Origin: Promethearchaeota archaeon
GTDB lineage: Archaea > Asgardarchaeota > Lokiarchaeia > Sigyniarchaeales > SOKP01
Assembly: GCA_030606485.1 (NCBI GenBank)
Contig: JAUWGH010000003.1
Location: 330,001-362,000, forward strand
Reading direction: 5' to 3'
Length of the DNA: 32,000 bases
Both the position numbers and the translations under genes were made by a program. Within the stretch, counting starts at the first letter, position 1; each line of letters begins with the position of its first letter. This document shows, one piece after another, positions 1-8,798 of the stretch. The notes under the pieces were generated by a model that saw only the letters and a program-made list of their open reading frames with translations, searched no databases and had not been told where the DNA came from.

Positions 1-8
1 CTATTATT

Positions 9-1268
9 ATGCTTATTGGAACACAGAATATTTTTTTCTTCTTTGTCTGCATTGTTACATCGATTCTCAATTTGATTTTTAGTTTTAGTCTGCTTATTAT
101 TGTTTCGGAACGCTTAAGTCGTATTTTGCATAATCCGAACCGCCAATCTAAAAAAGCAAGTTTAGCCAAAATTTTAAGTATGGCTGGTTATTTCATTATC
201 GCTATGGGATCTGGATTCATTCTGTCATGGGGTATCAGTGCTATTGATGACCTTCTTATCATTTTTGCCACATTTGAGCATATAGATATATTAAATTTTA
301 TTTTAAGCTTAATCCCCTATCCATTTGCCCCAGGTTATTTAATATCATTGATTACTGCTCCAGATCAAATACCTATAGGACTATTTTTTACTACTATTAT
401 TGGTTTTACGATGTTTATCCTTATAACATGGGGTACTTATAAGGTTGCGATTCGAAATCTAATAAGTGCAACATCTGCAGAAGTCAAAGGAATTAAAGCT
501 GGAGAACTTTTTATTGTTCCTGAAGAAGAAATCCAAGTTGAGATTAAAACAAAATCTCCTCTTAAGTCATATATCCAAAAAGATCTGATTACAGCATCTC
601 GTGATTTTCAGACATTAATGTTTTTAATTATGCCAATTGTAATTCCAATTTTCATGATTTTTTCGTTCGTGGGCCCAATTGGGAGCGATTTATCATCACA
701 AACGGGTATAATGATAACTTGGTCGATAATATTGATTTTCTCTATAATTGTACCTGCGATGTTAATATCGGGTCTTCTCAATATGGACGAGAGTGGTGCA
801 ACCATACTAGCATCATTACCAGTTATTCCTCGGGATCAAGCGAACGCTAAATTGATATTAATGTCAGTAATTCAATTAATGTCATTTACTATACTTACAG
901 TAGTGCTTACAATAATTACAAATTCGATATTATTATTGGTATTGTTTTTAGCTACAATTCCGATTGTTTGGGTTTTCTTATTTTTAATGTTCGAGATGAA
1001 GATGCGATTATTTGGCAAAATGAAGTATAAATATGTTATTGAAGAGTTGAACAAAGAACATAAAGTAGTAAAGTGGATTTTAATGTTTCTCGTCCAAATC
1101 GGTCTGTATTTTGTGATTTCAATTTTGAGTTTTACTTTATTTAATATATTTGGAATAGAAGGTACAGCACTTGGATTATTTATTATCGGAATGATAGGAT
1201 TTATGAGTTTGGTCTTTGTATTCACCAAAATGTTTCCAAAAATCGAGAAAATAGATTTAAAAAAATAA
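9..1268 (+). CDS. Multi-pass membrane protein, probable ABC-2-type exporter permease (C-terminal part; frame is open to the window edge, so probably 5'-truncated)
   Basis: About 10 hydrophobic helices. A cytoplasmic loop leads to 'KDLITASRDFQTLMFLIMP', and 'ESGATILASLPV' resembles the ABC-2 permease E..L.SLP motif. No stop upstream of ATG 9 within the window. Confidence 0.55.
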   Translation: MLIGTQNIFFFFVCIVTSILNLIFSFSLLIIVSERLSRILHNPNRQSKKASLAKILSMAGYFIIAMGSGFILSWGISAIDDLLIIFATFEHIDILNFILSLIPYPFAPGYLISLITAPDQIPIGLFFTTIIGFTMFILITWGTYKVAIRNLISATSAEVKGIKAGELFIVPEEEIQVEIKTKSPLKSYIQKDLITASRDFQTLMFLIMPIVIPIFMIFSFVGPIGSDLSSQTGIMITWSIILIFSIIVPAMLISGLLNMDESGATILASLPVIPRDQANAKLILMSVIQLMSFTILTVVLTIITNSILLLVLFLATIPIVWVFLFLMFEMKMRLFGKMKYKYVIEELNKEHKVVKWILMFLVQIGLYFVISILSFTLFNIFGIEGTALGLFIIGMIGFMSLVFVFTKMFPKIEKIDLKK

Positions 1269-1388
1269 TAATATAATTTATTCTTGTATCTCTTTTTTTA
1301 TATATTTAATCTGCTAGATTCTTTTAATAGTGATGGAAACATCCACTATTATTGCAAACTGAATTGTTTCTAACTATATTTTATAAAA

Positions 1389-1763
1389 TTAAGCTTTTAA
1401 TTGAATAATCTTTTCAATTTTCGAAATTATTCCATTAATTCCAATATCTTTACTTACTACATCCATTAAATCTAAATCAATCTCATAATTAGAAAGATAG
1501 TTAATTTCTAAGCCGGTTATTAATATAACTGGAATATTTGGGTAATTTTTTTTAACAATATTTAATAATTCAACACCTGACATTTCTGGCATACGAATAT
1601 CACTTGCAATTACTGAAATATCTTGATTTCTATCATCTGCCAATAAATTTAACCCATCTTCTCCTGATTCTGCATAAATGAATTCAATATTAGAAATTTC
1701 CTCAGCATATAATCTAAATAACCGAAGGAAATCTGGATTATCATCAATCACCAATACTTTCAT
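1389..1763 (-). CDS. Stand-alone response regulator receiver domain (CheY/Spo0F-like)
   Basis: VLVIDD acidic pocket, phosphoacceptor Asp in 'ASDIRMPEMSG', Thr in 'ILITG', Lys in 'VVSKD'. No output domain. AAGGT SD-like sequence upstream. Confidence 0.92.
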   Translation of the reverse strand: MKVLVIDDNPDFLRLFRLYAEEISNIEFIYAESGEDGLNLLADDRNQDISVIASDIRMPEMSGVELLNIVKKNYPNIPVILITGLEINYLSNYEIDLDLMDVVSKDIGINGIISKIEKIIQLKA

Positions 1764-1792
1764 AAAAAATACCTTGTTTTCAAAGCAAATTA

Positions 1793-3385
1793 TTATCTAC
1801 GAGTTAAAACCATGTTGGATAATTCTTGTTTAAGATCATTTATTGCTAAAATACTTAATTTTGAAATTTTCTGTGAATCAGTAATTTTCGAATATATTGT
1901 TTTTATCTTATTTTGCAAATTTAAATTTTTGTTTTCTGATATTGTTTTTGCCTTTAGTAAAAATTCGAGAGATTTATTGATATTTCCTTCGATAATTGCG
2001 ATATTGGCTAGAATTAAATATGATTGTGCAAGAACTAGAAAAGAAAATGCGTTTTTTGCATTTTCTATTAATATTAATGTTAATTTTTTCACTTCATCCA
2101 AATTATCATGCTGATTTGAGGGTTCCCAGTTTTTTAAGATAATTTCACAATAATTAATTATAGCAAATGTTTTTTTTTCAAACTCTACATTGGAATCTTC
2201 AAAGATTTCTTTAAAAAGATTTCTGGCGTCTGCAATATCACCATTACTTTTACTATGTTTTAGGTAATATGCCTTTGCAATTTTATAATAATAATCAAGT
2301 TTATTTGATGAATATTTTTGAGGTAAGTTTTCTAGCTCATTTAGATAGGTTCTTATCTTTGAAGTTTTATTAAAATCAATGCAAGATACAATAAGTCCCA
2401 GTAAAGCATCAAAATGAGCGGGTCCTACGTTAAGAAAATCAAAAATTGTAATACTTTTTTGGTAAAATTCAATAGCTTTTTTGAAATTTCCCCTTGCACG
2501 TGATAAATCACCTAGATTGGTAAAATTTCCTGCTATGTCATATTTATTCCCCATTTTTTTATTTATAGAGAGACTTTCTAAAAAAGTTTTTTGAGCTTGT
2601 TCCAATTCTCCTATTAAAAGATAAGTATTACCCAGATTGGTAAGTGATTTTGCTACATTTTGTATATCACCAATTTCAACAGAAATCTGGCGAGCAATCT
2701 TAAAATTTTGAATAGAGATATCATAATCACCGGTTTCGTTTCTTAAAATTCCAAGATTATTTAAAGTTACAGCACTCATTTTTTTATTTTTTAAATTTGT
2801 AAAAATCTCAACAGCTAAACTCAAAAATTCTGATGCCTTAGCAATTTCTCCCTTTTTCCAATAAGCGCCTGCTATAAGGTTTTGAACTATTGCTAAATTA
2901 AACTGCGATTTAATTTTTTTGTATAACGATTGTGCCTGAAATAAATGATCTAATACTTCATCAAAACTCCCTTTAGCTGTAAAATAACGCCCTTTTAATT
3001 GTTCTAACTTGGCGTATTGTGTTATTAATTGATCTTGATTATTTGATAAAGATGTGAGTAATTTCTCAGAAAACTTTAGATCTCTATAAAGTTCATTATA
3101 TTTTCCTAAAAAATATAAAGCTTCACCACGCGTAAGAATTGCATCAAGATAAATTATGGATTCTTGCGAAAATTTATTTTGTTCAATTACCCAATTTATA
3201 ATCTCTAAAGCATATTGATATTCTCCAAGCAAAATATTATGGTTACTTCTAATTATAACAATTTTGAATTGCTCTTTTTTATTATTTTTAAATTTAATAT
3301 CTAATTCATCTAAAAATGATTTCAGTTCTGGGAATTTACCACTCTCTAGTAAATTTACTATTTTTACAAAATCATCTTTTGGCAC
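1793..3385 (-). CDS. Tetratricopeptide repeat protein (NLG-type TPRs), GTG start
   Basis: Repeats AVTLNNLGILRNETGDYDISIQNF, AKSLTNLGNTYLLIGELEQAQKTF and AGNFTNLGDLSRARGNFKKAIEFY at about 40-aa spacing. All-helical protein. Confidence 0.88.
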   Translation of the reverse strand: MPKDDFVKIVNLLESGKFPELKSFLDELDIKFKNNKKEQFKIVIIRSNHNILLGEYQYALEIINWVIEQNKFSQESIIYLDAILTRGEALYFLGKYNELYRDLKFSEKLLTSLSNNQDQLITQYAKLEQLKGRYFTAKGSFDEVLDHLFQAQSLYKKIKSQFNLAIVQNLIAGAYWKKGEIAKASEFLSLAVEIFTNLKNKKMSAVTLNNLGILRNETGDYDISIQNFKIARQISVEIGDIQNVAKSLTNLGNTYLLIGELEQAQKTFLESLSINKKMGNKYDIAGNFTNLGDLSRARGNFKKAIEFYQKSITIFDFLNVGPAHFDALLGLIVSCIDFNKTSKIRTYLNELENLPQKYSSNKLDYYYKIAKAYYLKHSKSNGDIADARNLFKEIFEDSNVEFEKKTFAIINYCEIILKNWEPSNQHDNLDEVKKLTLILIENAKNAFSFLVLAQSYLILANIAIIEGNINKSLEFLLKAKTISENKNLNLQNKIKTIYSKITDSQKISKLSILAINDLKQELSNMVLTRR

Positions 3386-3463
3386 AAAATAATAATAAAA
3401 TTGTTTATTTTAAATTCTTCCGTTGAAGTAGATTTTTGTGATTATCTTAAAAATAATGTTGTG

Positions 3464-4687
3464 TTAAACCCTTTCGATGATGGTGGCTACCCCTTGCCCA
3501 CCACCTACACACGCCGTAGCGAGACCAAGAGTCCCTCCTTCAAGTTGTAATATCCGAGCGAGGGTCCCGACTAGCCGTACACCAGTCATTCCTAGAGGAT
3601 GACCTAATGCAATTGCCCCACCTTTAATATTTATAATCTTATGTGGAATACTAAGCATTTTCCTAGCATATAACGGCACAATCGCGAATGCTTCGTTGAT
3701 TTCCCAAAAGTCAATATCCTCTACCTTTAACCCAGCCCGGGCAAGAACTTTTTTACATGCAGGCACCGGACCTTGTCCCATAACACTGGGATTAACACCA
3801 GCCCATGCCATCGCCTTAATTCTTGCCATAGGTTTAATTCCGAGCTCGTCAGCACGCGACTGTGACATAATGACACAACATCCTGCACCTGTATTCAATG
3901 GAGATGAATTTCCCGGAGTAATCTGAGCATCCTTTTCAATTCCTTCTGAAACAAGACGAAGCTTCTTCATAGTTTCCATATTAGATCCTTCTCGTATTGA
4001 TTGGTCATATTTAATCATTTTTCTAGTACCATCTGAGAGCATCACTTCGATTGGAAGGATTTCTCCGTCAAAGAATCCCTCATCTCGTGCTTTAACGGCC
4101 CTTTCATGAGAAATAAGACTCCAATGATCCATATCCTCCCGTGTTATATCAGGATTCTGTTCCCATAATTTTTGTGCCGTCTGAATCATTGAATATCCGG
4201 TATTTAAATCGTATTTTGCATGGTTTGGAAACATTTTTTCATCGGTTAATTCATAATGCCGGGCAGTTAAATCAGTCCCACGGGGAATTCTTGTCATATG
4301 TTCCATACCAGCAGCAATAACCATTTCTGAGTTTCCTGTTGCGATCTCCATAGCACCGATATGAATACATGTCATACTCGATGCGCATTGTCGATCAATA
4401 CCCATAGCAGCAACCGTTTCAGGTAATTCTGCTAAAAAAACAGTATGCCGCCCACCATAGAGAAAATTTTCTTTTACTTGATTAGCACAACCTGTGATCA
4501 CTTCATCAATTTCTGTGGGATTAAACTTTGCTCTTGCGATTATTTCTTTAATTACTAATGATAGTAATTTATCAGCTGGAATTTTATAAAAAACATCTCG
4601 CTCTGGTTGGTTGGGACGACTTCTAGACATTGGGGTACGTAAATAATCCACAATAACAACTTCTCTTAATTCCGGCATTTTTATCAT
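3464..4687 (-). CDS. Acetyl-CoA C-acyltransferase (thiolase)
   Basis: All catalytic motifs are intact: DRQCASS (Cys), EINEAFA, GGAIALGHPLG (His), ACVGGGQG (Cys). Confidence 0.96.
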   Translation of the reverse strand: MIKMPELREVVIVDYLRTPMSRSRPNQPERDVFYKIPADKLLSLVIKEIIARAKFNPTEIDEVITGCANQVKENFLYGGRHTVFLAELPETVAAMGIDRQCASSMTCIHIGAMEIATGNSEMVIAAGMEHMTRIPRGTDLTARHYELTDEKMFPNHAKYDLNTGYSMIQTAQKLWEQNPDITREDMDHWSLISHERAVKARDEGFFDGEILPIEVMLSDGTRKMIKYDQSIREGSNMETMKKLRLVSEGIEKDAQITPGNSSPLNTGAGCCVIMSQSRADELGIKPMARIKAMAWAGVNPSVMGQGPVPACKKVLARAGLKVEDIDFWEINEAFAIVPLYARKMLSIPHKIINIKGGAIALGHPLGMTGVRLVGTLARILQLEGGTLGLATACVGGGQGVATIIERV

Positions 4688-4697
4688 TTAAAAAATT

Positions 4698-5495
4698 CTA
4701 TTTTCCAATAAAAACGGGTTCCTTTTTTTCGTTTAATGCAAATACACCAATTTTGTAATCTTCTGATTCAGCTGATTTTATTTGCATTTGTCTTTCATTT
4801 TCAAGCTGTTCTTCAAGTGGTGTGCTAAATGCATCAAAAAATAATTTTTTCGTTCTGGCATAGGATAATGTTGGTCCTTTAGCAAATCGTTGTGCCCAGT
4901 TTAGTGAAATCTCTTCCAATTTTTCTGTAGGAACAATTTCATTAATAAATCCAAGTTTTTTCATTTGTTCTGCGGAATAAGTATCTCCAAAAAAAGACAT
5001 TTCTACTGCTTGTTGCCAAGGGATTTGGCGACTTAATAAGATTGTCCCAGCAAATCCAGGAATTAAAGCAAGTTTACAAAAAGATTGTTTAAATCTTGCA
5101 TATTCTGAAGCAATTATAATATCACATGAGAGTGCAAGGTTCATCCCTGCTCCAATAGCCCAACCATTTACGGCTGCTATAACCGGTTTTGGATAAAGGC
5201 GCAAAATTAATGCAATTTTGTAAAGATCTCGTGTTAAATCATCCATTAATTGACCTGGTATTCCATTTTCAATACTTGTCTTAAATTGTTTTATATCTCC
5301 GCCTGCTGAAAAAGCTTTTCCTGAACCAGTAATTATTACACATCTTACATCACTATTATCCCGAAGAGATTCTAAAACATCTAATAATTTTCTCCCCATA
5401 TCCTTATTTAATGGATTGTGATTCTCTGGATCAATGAATTTTATCGTTGCGATATTATCTTTGATTACTAATTTAATTTTTTCTTTTATCATCAA
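4698..5495 (-). CDS. Enoyl-CoA hydratase/isomerase (crotonase) family protein, PaaG-like, lacking canonical catalytic acids
   Basis: AFSAGGDI oxyanion motif, PKPVIAAVNGWAIGAG, C-terminal KKEPVFIGK. GGGAGA SD-like sequence upstream. Confidence 0.93.
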   Translation of the reverse strand: MMIKEKIKLVIKDNIATIKFIDPENHNPLNKDMGRKLLDVLESLRDNSDVRCVIITGSGKAFSAGGDIKQFKTSIENGIPGQLMDDLTRDLYKIALILRLYPKPVIAAVNGWAIGAGMNLALSCDIIIASEYARFKQSFCKLALIPGFAGTILLSRQIPWQQAVEMSFFGDTYSAEQMKKLGFINEIVPTEKLEEISLNWAQRFAKGPTLSYARTKKLFFDAFSTPLEEQLENERQMQIKSAESEDYKIGVFALNEKKEPVFIGK

Positions 5496-5507
5496 TCTCC
5501 CTTTTTT

Positions 5508-6728
5508 TTATTTACCCCACATTCTAATCATTTCTCTTGAAATAAGGTATCTCATAATTTCTGCAGTACCAGCGGATATTTGTCCAACTTTTGCATCTCG
5601 GTAATACCGTTCTAACGGATATTCTTCAGTGTATCCAAGTCCACCAACAATCTGTATGGCTTCTTGAGTAGTTTTAACTGAATCATCTGCAAGTCGGGCT
5701 TTAATTGCAGCTACTGAAGCTCTACAATAATGTCCATCATCAAGCATTCTGGCAATTTGAGTTACTGCCATCCTATTTAGCTCTATAGACATAAACATTT
5801 CACTAAGTTTAAATGAAATCCCCTCAAATGAATAAAGGGGTCTTTTAAATTGCATACGTCTATGTGCGTATTTATATGCCACTTCAAATGCACTTCTTGA
5901 GATGCCGAGATATTGAGACGCAGTAAAAGTGCGTTCCCCATCAAGACCAAAAAGCAATACATCTAATCCCACATTTTCTTTATGAAGCACATTTTCAACT
6001 GACACCTTACAATTATTAAATCTAAGATGTGAATTAGGCATTCCTCTGCGTCCCAGGTGTTTATAATCTTTGATAACTTCAAAACCAGGAGTATCAGTTT
6101 CAAATATAAATGCTGTCATACCTTGATGAGGTTTTACTTTATCATTTGTTATTGCATATAAACAGATATAATCAGCTACACTGCCATTTGTTATGAAACA
6201 TTTCTCTCCATTGAGGATATAATGATCCCCTTCTCTTTTAGCTTTTAATTTCATTCCACCAATTGCATCAGATCCCCCTGTTGGTTCTGTTACACCTATA
6301 GCACCAATTTTTGTGCCATCAGCAATTCCTGAAAGAAATTTCTTCTTTTGCTCTGGAGTTCCAAATTCTATAACAGGACCAGCAAATAAACATGAAGATG
6401 CTCCAAATGTACTTGCTAAAGCATAATTGAAAGCAGTTAATTCTTCACCAAAAATAGTACGATATAAAACCCCTTTACCAAGACCTCCAGCCTCTTCTGG
6501 GATAATTATATTTAAATAAGGCTTCATTTTTCGTAAAATTTCAACTACAAGCTCATAATTTCTCTCCCTATCAATTTTTTCTATAACAGGTTCAACATTT
6601 TCTTTGCACCACTTGCGTACTTCCATCCGGAAATCATTTTCTTCATTGGAATAGTAATGCAATCTTTCAGGCATACAAGAATATCCATACTCTATATTCA
6701 AATCTTCAAAATGAACATGTCCTTCCAT
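5508..6728 (-). CDS. Acyl-CoA dehydrogenase, isovaleryl-CoA-dehydrogenase-type active site
   Basis: GAIGVTEPTGGSD, LNGEKCFITNG, RMQFKRP, GGLGYTEEYPLERYYRDAK. Glu is in 'GLDGER', and 'ISAGTAE' lacks the MCAD-type Glu. Confidence 0.95.
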   Translation of the reverse strand: MEGHVHFEDLNIEYGYSCMPERLHYYSNEENDFRMEVRKWCKENVEPVIEKIDRERNYELVVEILRKMKPYLNIIIPEEAGGLGKGVLYRTIFGEELTAFNYALASTFGASSCLFAGPVIEFGTPEQKKKFLSGIADGTKIGAIGVTEPTGGSDAIGGMKLKAKREGDHYILNGEKCFITNGSVADYICLYAITNDKVKPHQGMTAFIFETDTPGFEVIKDYKHLGRRGMPNSHLRFNNCKVSVENVLHKENVGLDVLLFGLDGERTFTASQYLGISRSAFEVAYKYAHRRMQFKRPLYSFEGISFKLSEMFMSIELNRMAVTQIARMLDDGHYCRASVAAIKARLADDSVKTTQEAIQIVGGLGYTEEYPLERYYRDAKVGQISAGTAEIMRYLISREMIRMWGK

Positions 6729-6890
6729 TTATATCACAATCAAAATAGTTTGAATTATTGTTTTCATATTAATTATTAATGATTATTAATTTGTTTAAAA
6801 GATATTTAAATTGTAATTCTTTGACATTTATCTTACTTTTAAAAATATTTATAGAAAGGATTTAAAGTGTGAAAAAGTTGTATAAAATTT

Positions 6891-8558
6891 TTAAAAGATG
6901 GTTGTCATTTTATAAGTTCCAAAGACTTCTTTTAATATTTTACAAATTTCCCCAGTAGTAGCATAAACTTTTACGGCATCTATCAAGTAAGGCATTAAAT
7001 TCTCATCAGTTTTAGCAACTTCTTTGATTTTAATAAGTTTCTCATGCACAAGATTGTTATCTCTTGACTCTTTTATTTTCTTTAATTTATCAATCTGTTG
7101 TCGTTCAATTTTCGGATCCGATTTTAAAATCTCCAACTTTAAATCTTCTTTATCAATTTGAAATTTATTTACTCCAATTACAATTTGTTCTCCCTTTTCA
7201 ATGGATTGCTGTATTTTATATGCATTTTCTTGGATTTCTTTTTGAATATAACCGTTTTCTATCGCATTAATTGCGCCTCCTTGTTCTTCGATTTTTTTAA
7301 TTATTTTAAATGCCTCCTCTTCCATTTGATTTGTTAGTGATTCCAAATAGTATGATCCGCCAATTGGATCTATTACATTTCCAGCACCAGTTTCATATGC
7401 GATTATTTGTTGAGTTCGTAATGATAAACGTACAGAATCTTCACTTGGAAGACTTAAGGCTTCATCTCTACTACTTGAATGAATTGATTGAGCTCCTCCC
7501 AATACAGAAGCAAGAGTTTGAATGGCAACTCTTATTAAATTTACATCGGGCTGTTGAGCGGTTAATGAGGAACCGATAGTTTGAGCATGAAATCTTAATT
7601 GCATTGATTTTAAATCTTTTGCTTTAAATCTGTTTTTTATTATTTTAGCCCACATTCTTCTTGCAGCCCTAAATTTAGCAATTTCTTCAAAAAGGTCATT
7701 ATAAGTACAAAAAAAGAAAGCTAATCGACTTGCGAATTGATCAATATCCAAACCCCGTTTTAACACCTCTTCTACATACACTATTGCATTTGCTAAAGTA
7801 AAGGCAATCTCCTGAACTGCTGTTGCTCCAGCTTCTCGAATATGATACCCTGAGATGCTTATTGTATTAAAATGTGGGATTTTTTTTGAACAATACTCGA
7901 TCACATCGACGACTAACCTCATAGAGGGGGTGGGTGGGAAGATATAAGTATTTCTAGCAATATATTCTTTTAAAATATCATTTTGTACAGTTCCACGTAA
8001 TTTATCTATAGATACTCCTTGTTTTTCGGCCAATGCGATATACATCGCAAGAATTATAGCAGTAGGAGCATTGATGGTCATAGAGGTGCTAACTTGATCT
8101 AACGGAATATCCTCAAAAAGATCTTCCATATCCTTTAATGAGGAAATTGGCACTCCTGTCTTTCCAACCTCTCCTTGAGCTAAAATATGGTCACTATCGA
8201 ACCCCATCTGGGTACATAAATCAAAAGCGACGCTTAAACCAGTCTGACCATGTTCAAGTAAATATTTATAACGTTGATTCGTTAATTTAGCGTTCTGAAA
8301 GCCACTATACTGACGCATCGTCCACAATCTCCCTCTGTACATTGTTGAGTATGGTCCTCTTGTGAAAGGAAACTCCCCCGGAAAATTAATATCACCATAA
8401 GTAGTATCTTTCAGATCTAAAGGTGTATATATGGGTTTTAATTGAAAATATGAACTATTGTCAATTTTTTCTAAGTCAAATTTCTTAATTTTTTCTTTCC
8501 ATCTTTTTAAATCTTCGGAAAGTCTTTTTTCTTCTTCCTTATCTATCATTAATTTCAA
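6891..8558 (-). CDS. mcmA: Methylmalonyl-CoA mutase, large (substrate-binding) subunit of the split archaeal type
   Basis: PGEFPFTRGPY, WTMRQYSGF, GLSVAFDL, GTVQNDILKEYIARNTY, SISGYHIREAGAT, DPIGGSYYLESLT. Ends without a DxHxxG B12-binding domain. Confidence 0.96.
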   Translation of the reverse strand: MKLMIDKEEEKRLSEDLKRWKEKIKKFDLEKIDNSSYFQLKPIYTPLDLKDTTYGDINFPGEFPFTRGPYSTMYRGRLWTMRQYSGFQNAKLTNQRYKYLLEHGQTGLSVAFDLCTQMGFDSDHILAQGEVGKTGVPISSLKDMEDLFEDIPLDQVSTSMTINAPTAIILAMYIALAEKQGVSIDKLRGTVQNDILKEYIARNTYIFPPTPSMRLVVDVIEYCSKKIPHFNTISISGYHIREAGATAVQEIAFTLANAIVYVEEVLKRGLDIDQFASRLAFFFCTYNDLFEEIAKFRAARRMWAKIIKNRFKAKDLKSMQLRFHAQTIGSSLTAQQPDVNLIRVAIQTLASVLGGAQSIHSSSRDEALSLPSEDSVRLSLRTQQIIAYETGAGNVIDPIGGSYYLESLTNQMEEEAFKIIKKIEEQGGAINAIENGYIQKEIQENAYKIQQSIEKGEQIVIGVNKFQIDKEDLKLEILKSDPKIERQQIDKLKKIKESRDNNLVHEKLIKIKEVAKTDENLMPYLIDAVKVYATTGEICKILKEVFGTYKMTTIF

Positions 8559-8784
8559 CTCAAATAAGCAACCGAATAAAAATAATTATGAAAACAAATT
8601 AAAAATTAGCATTTACATTAGGATAATTTTTTTTGATCTTGTTTAATTTATTCATAATTTGTCAGAAAAATTAAAATTAATTAAAACTAAAACTAAATAA
8701 AATTAAATAAAAATTTTGTCAATTAAAATTAATTCAAATTAAATTTCAAAACAAAAAATACACAAAAAGTTGAATAAATCACAT

Positions 8785-8791
8785 AGGAGGT
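8785..8791 (+). promoter_or_regulatory. Shine-Dalgarno sequence AGGAGGT
   Basis: Lies 7 nt upstream of ATG 8799. Confidence 0.75.
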
Positions 8792-8798
8792 AAAAAAA

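Noticed and set aside
608-1228. Minus-strand ORFs 608-805 and 872-1228
   Set aside because: Antisense shadows of the permease gene, with Ile/Asn-rich composition typical of reverse-translated hydrophobic codons.
1812-3926. Plus-strand ORFs 1812-2114 and 3696-3926
   Set aside because: Fully antisense to the TPR and thiolase genes; no motifs.
3464-4687. Higher GC of the thiolase gene as a sign of horizontal transfer
   Set aside because: Hand-counted lines range about 30-60% GC and track the Gly/Ala/Pro-rich motifs. The ACAD at 8799 is similarly elevated, so amino-acid composition explains most of it.
7064-8646. Plus-strand ORFs 7064-7270, 7310-7579 and 8458-8646
   Set aside because: Antisense to the mutase gene.
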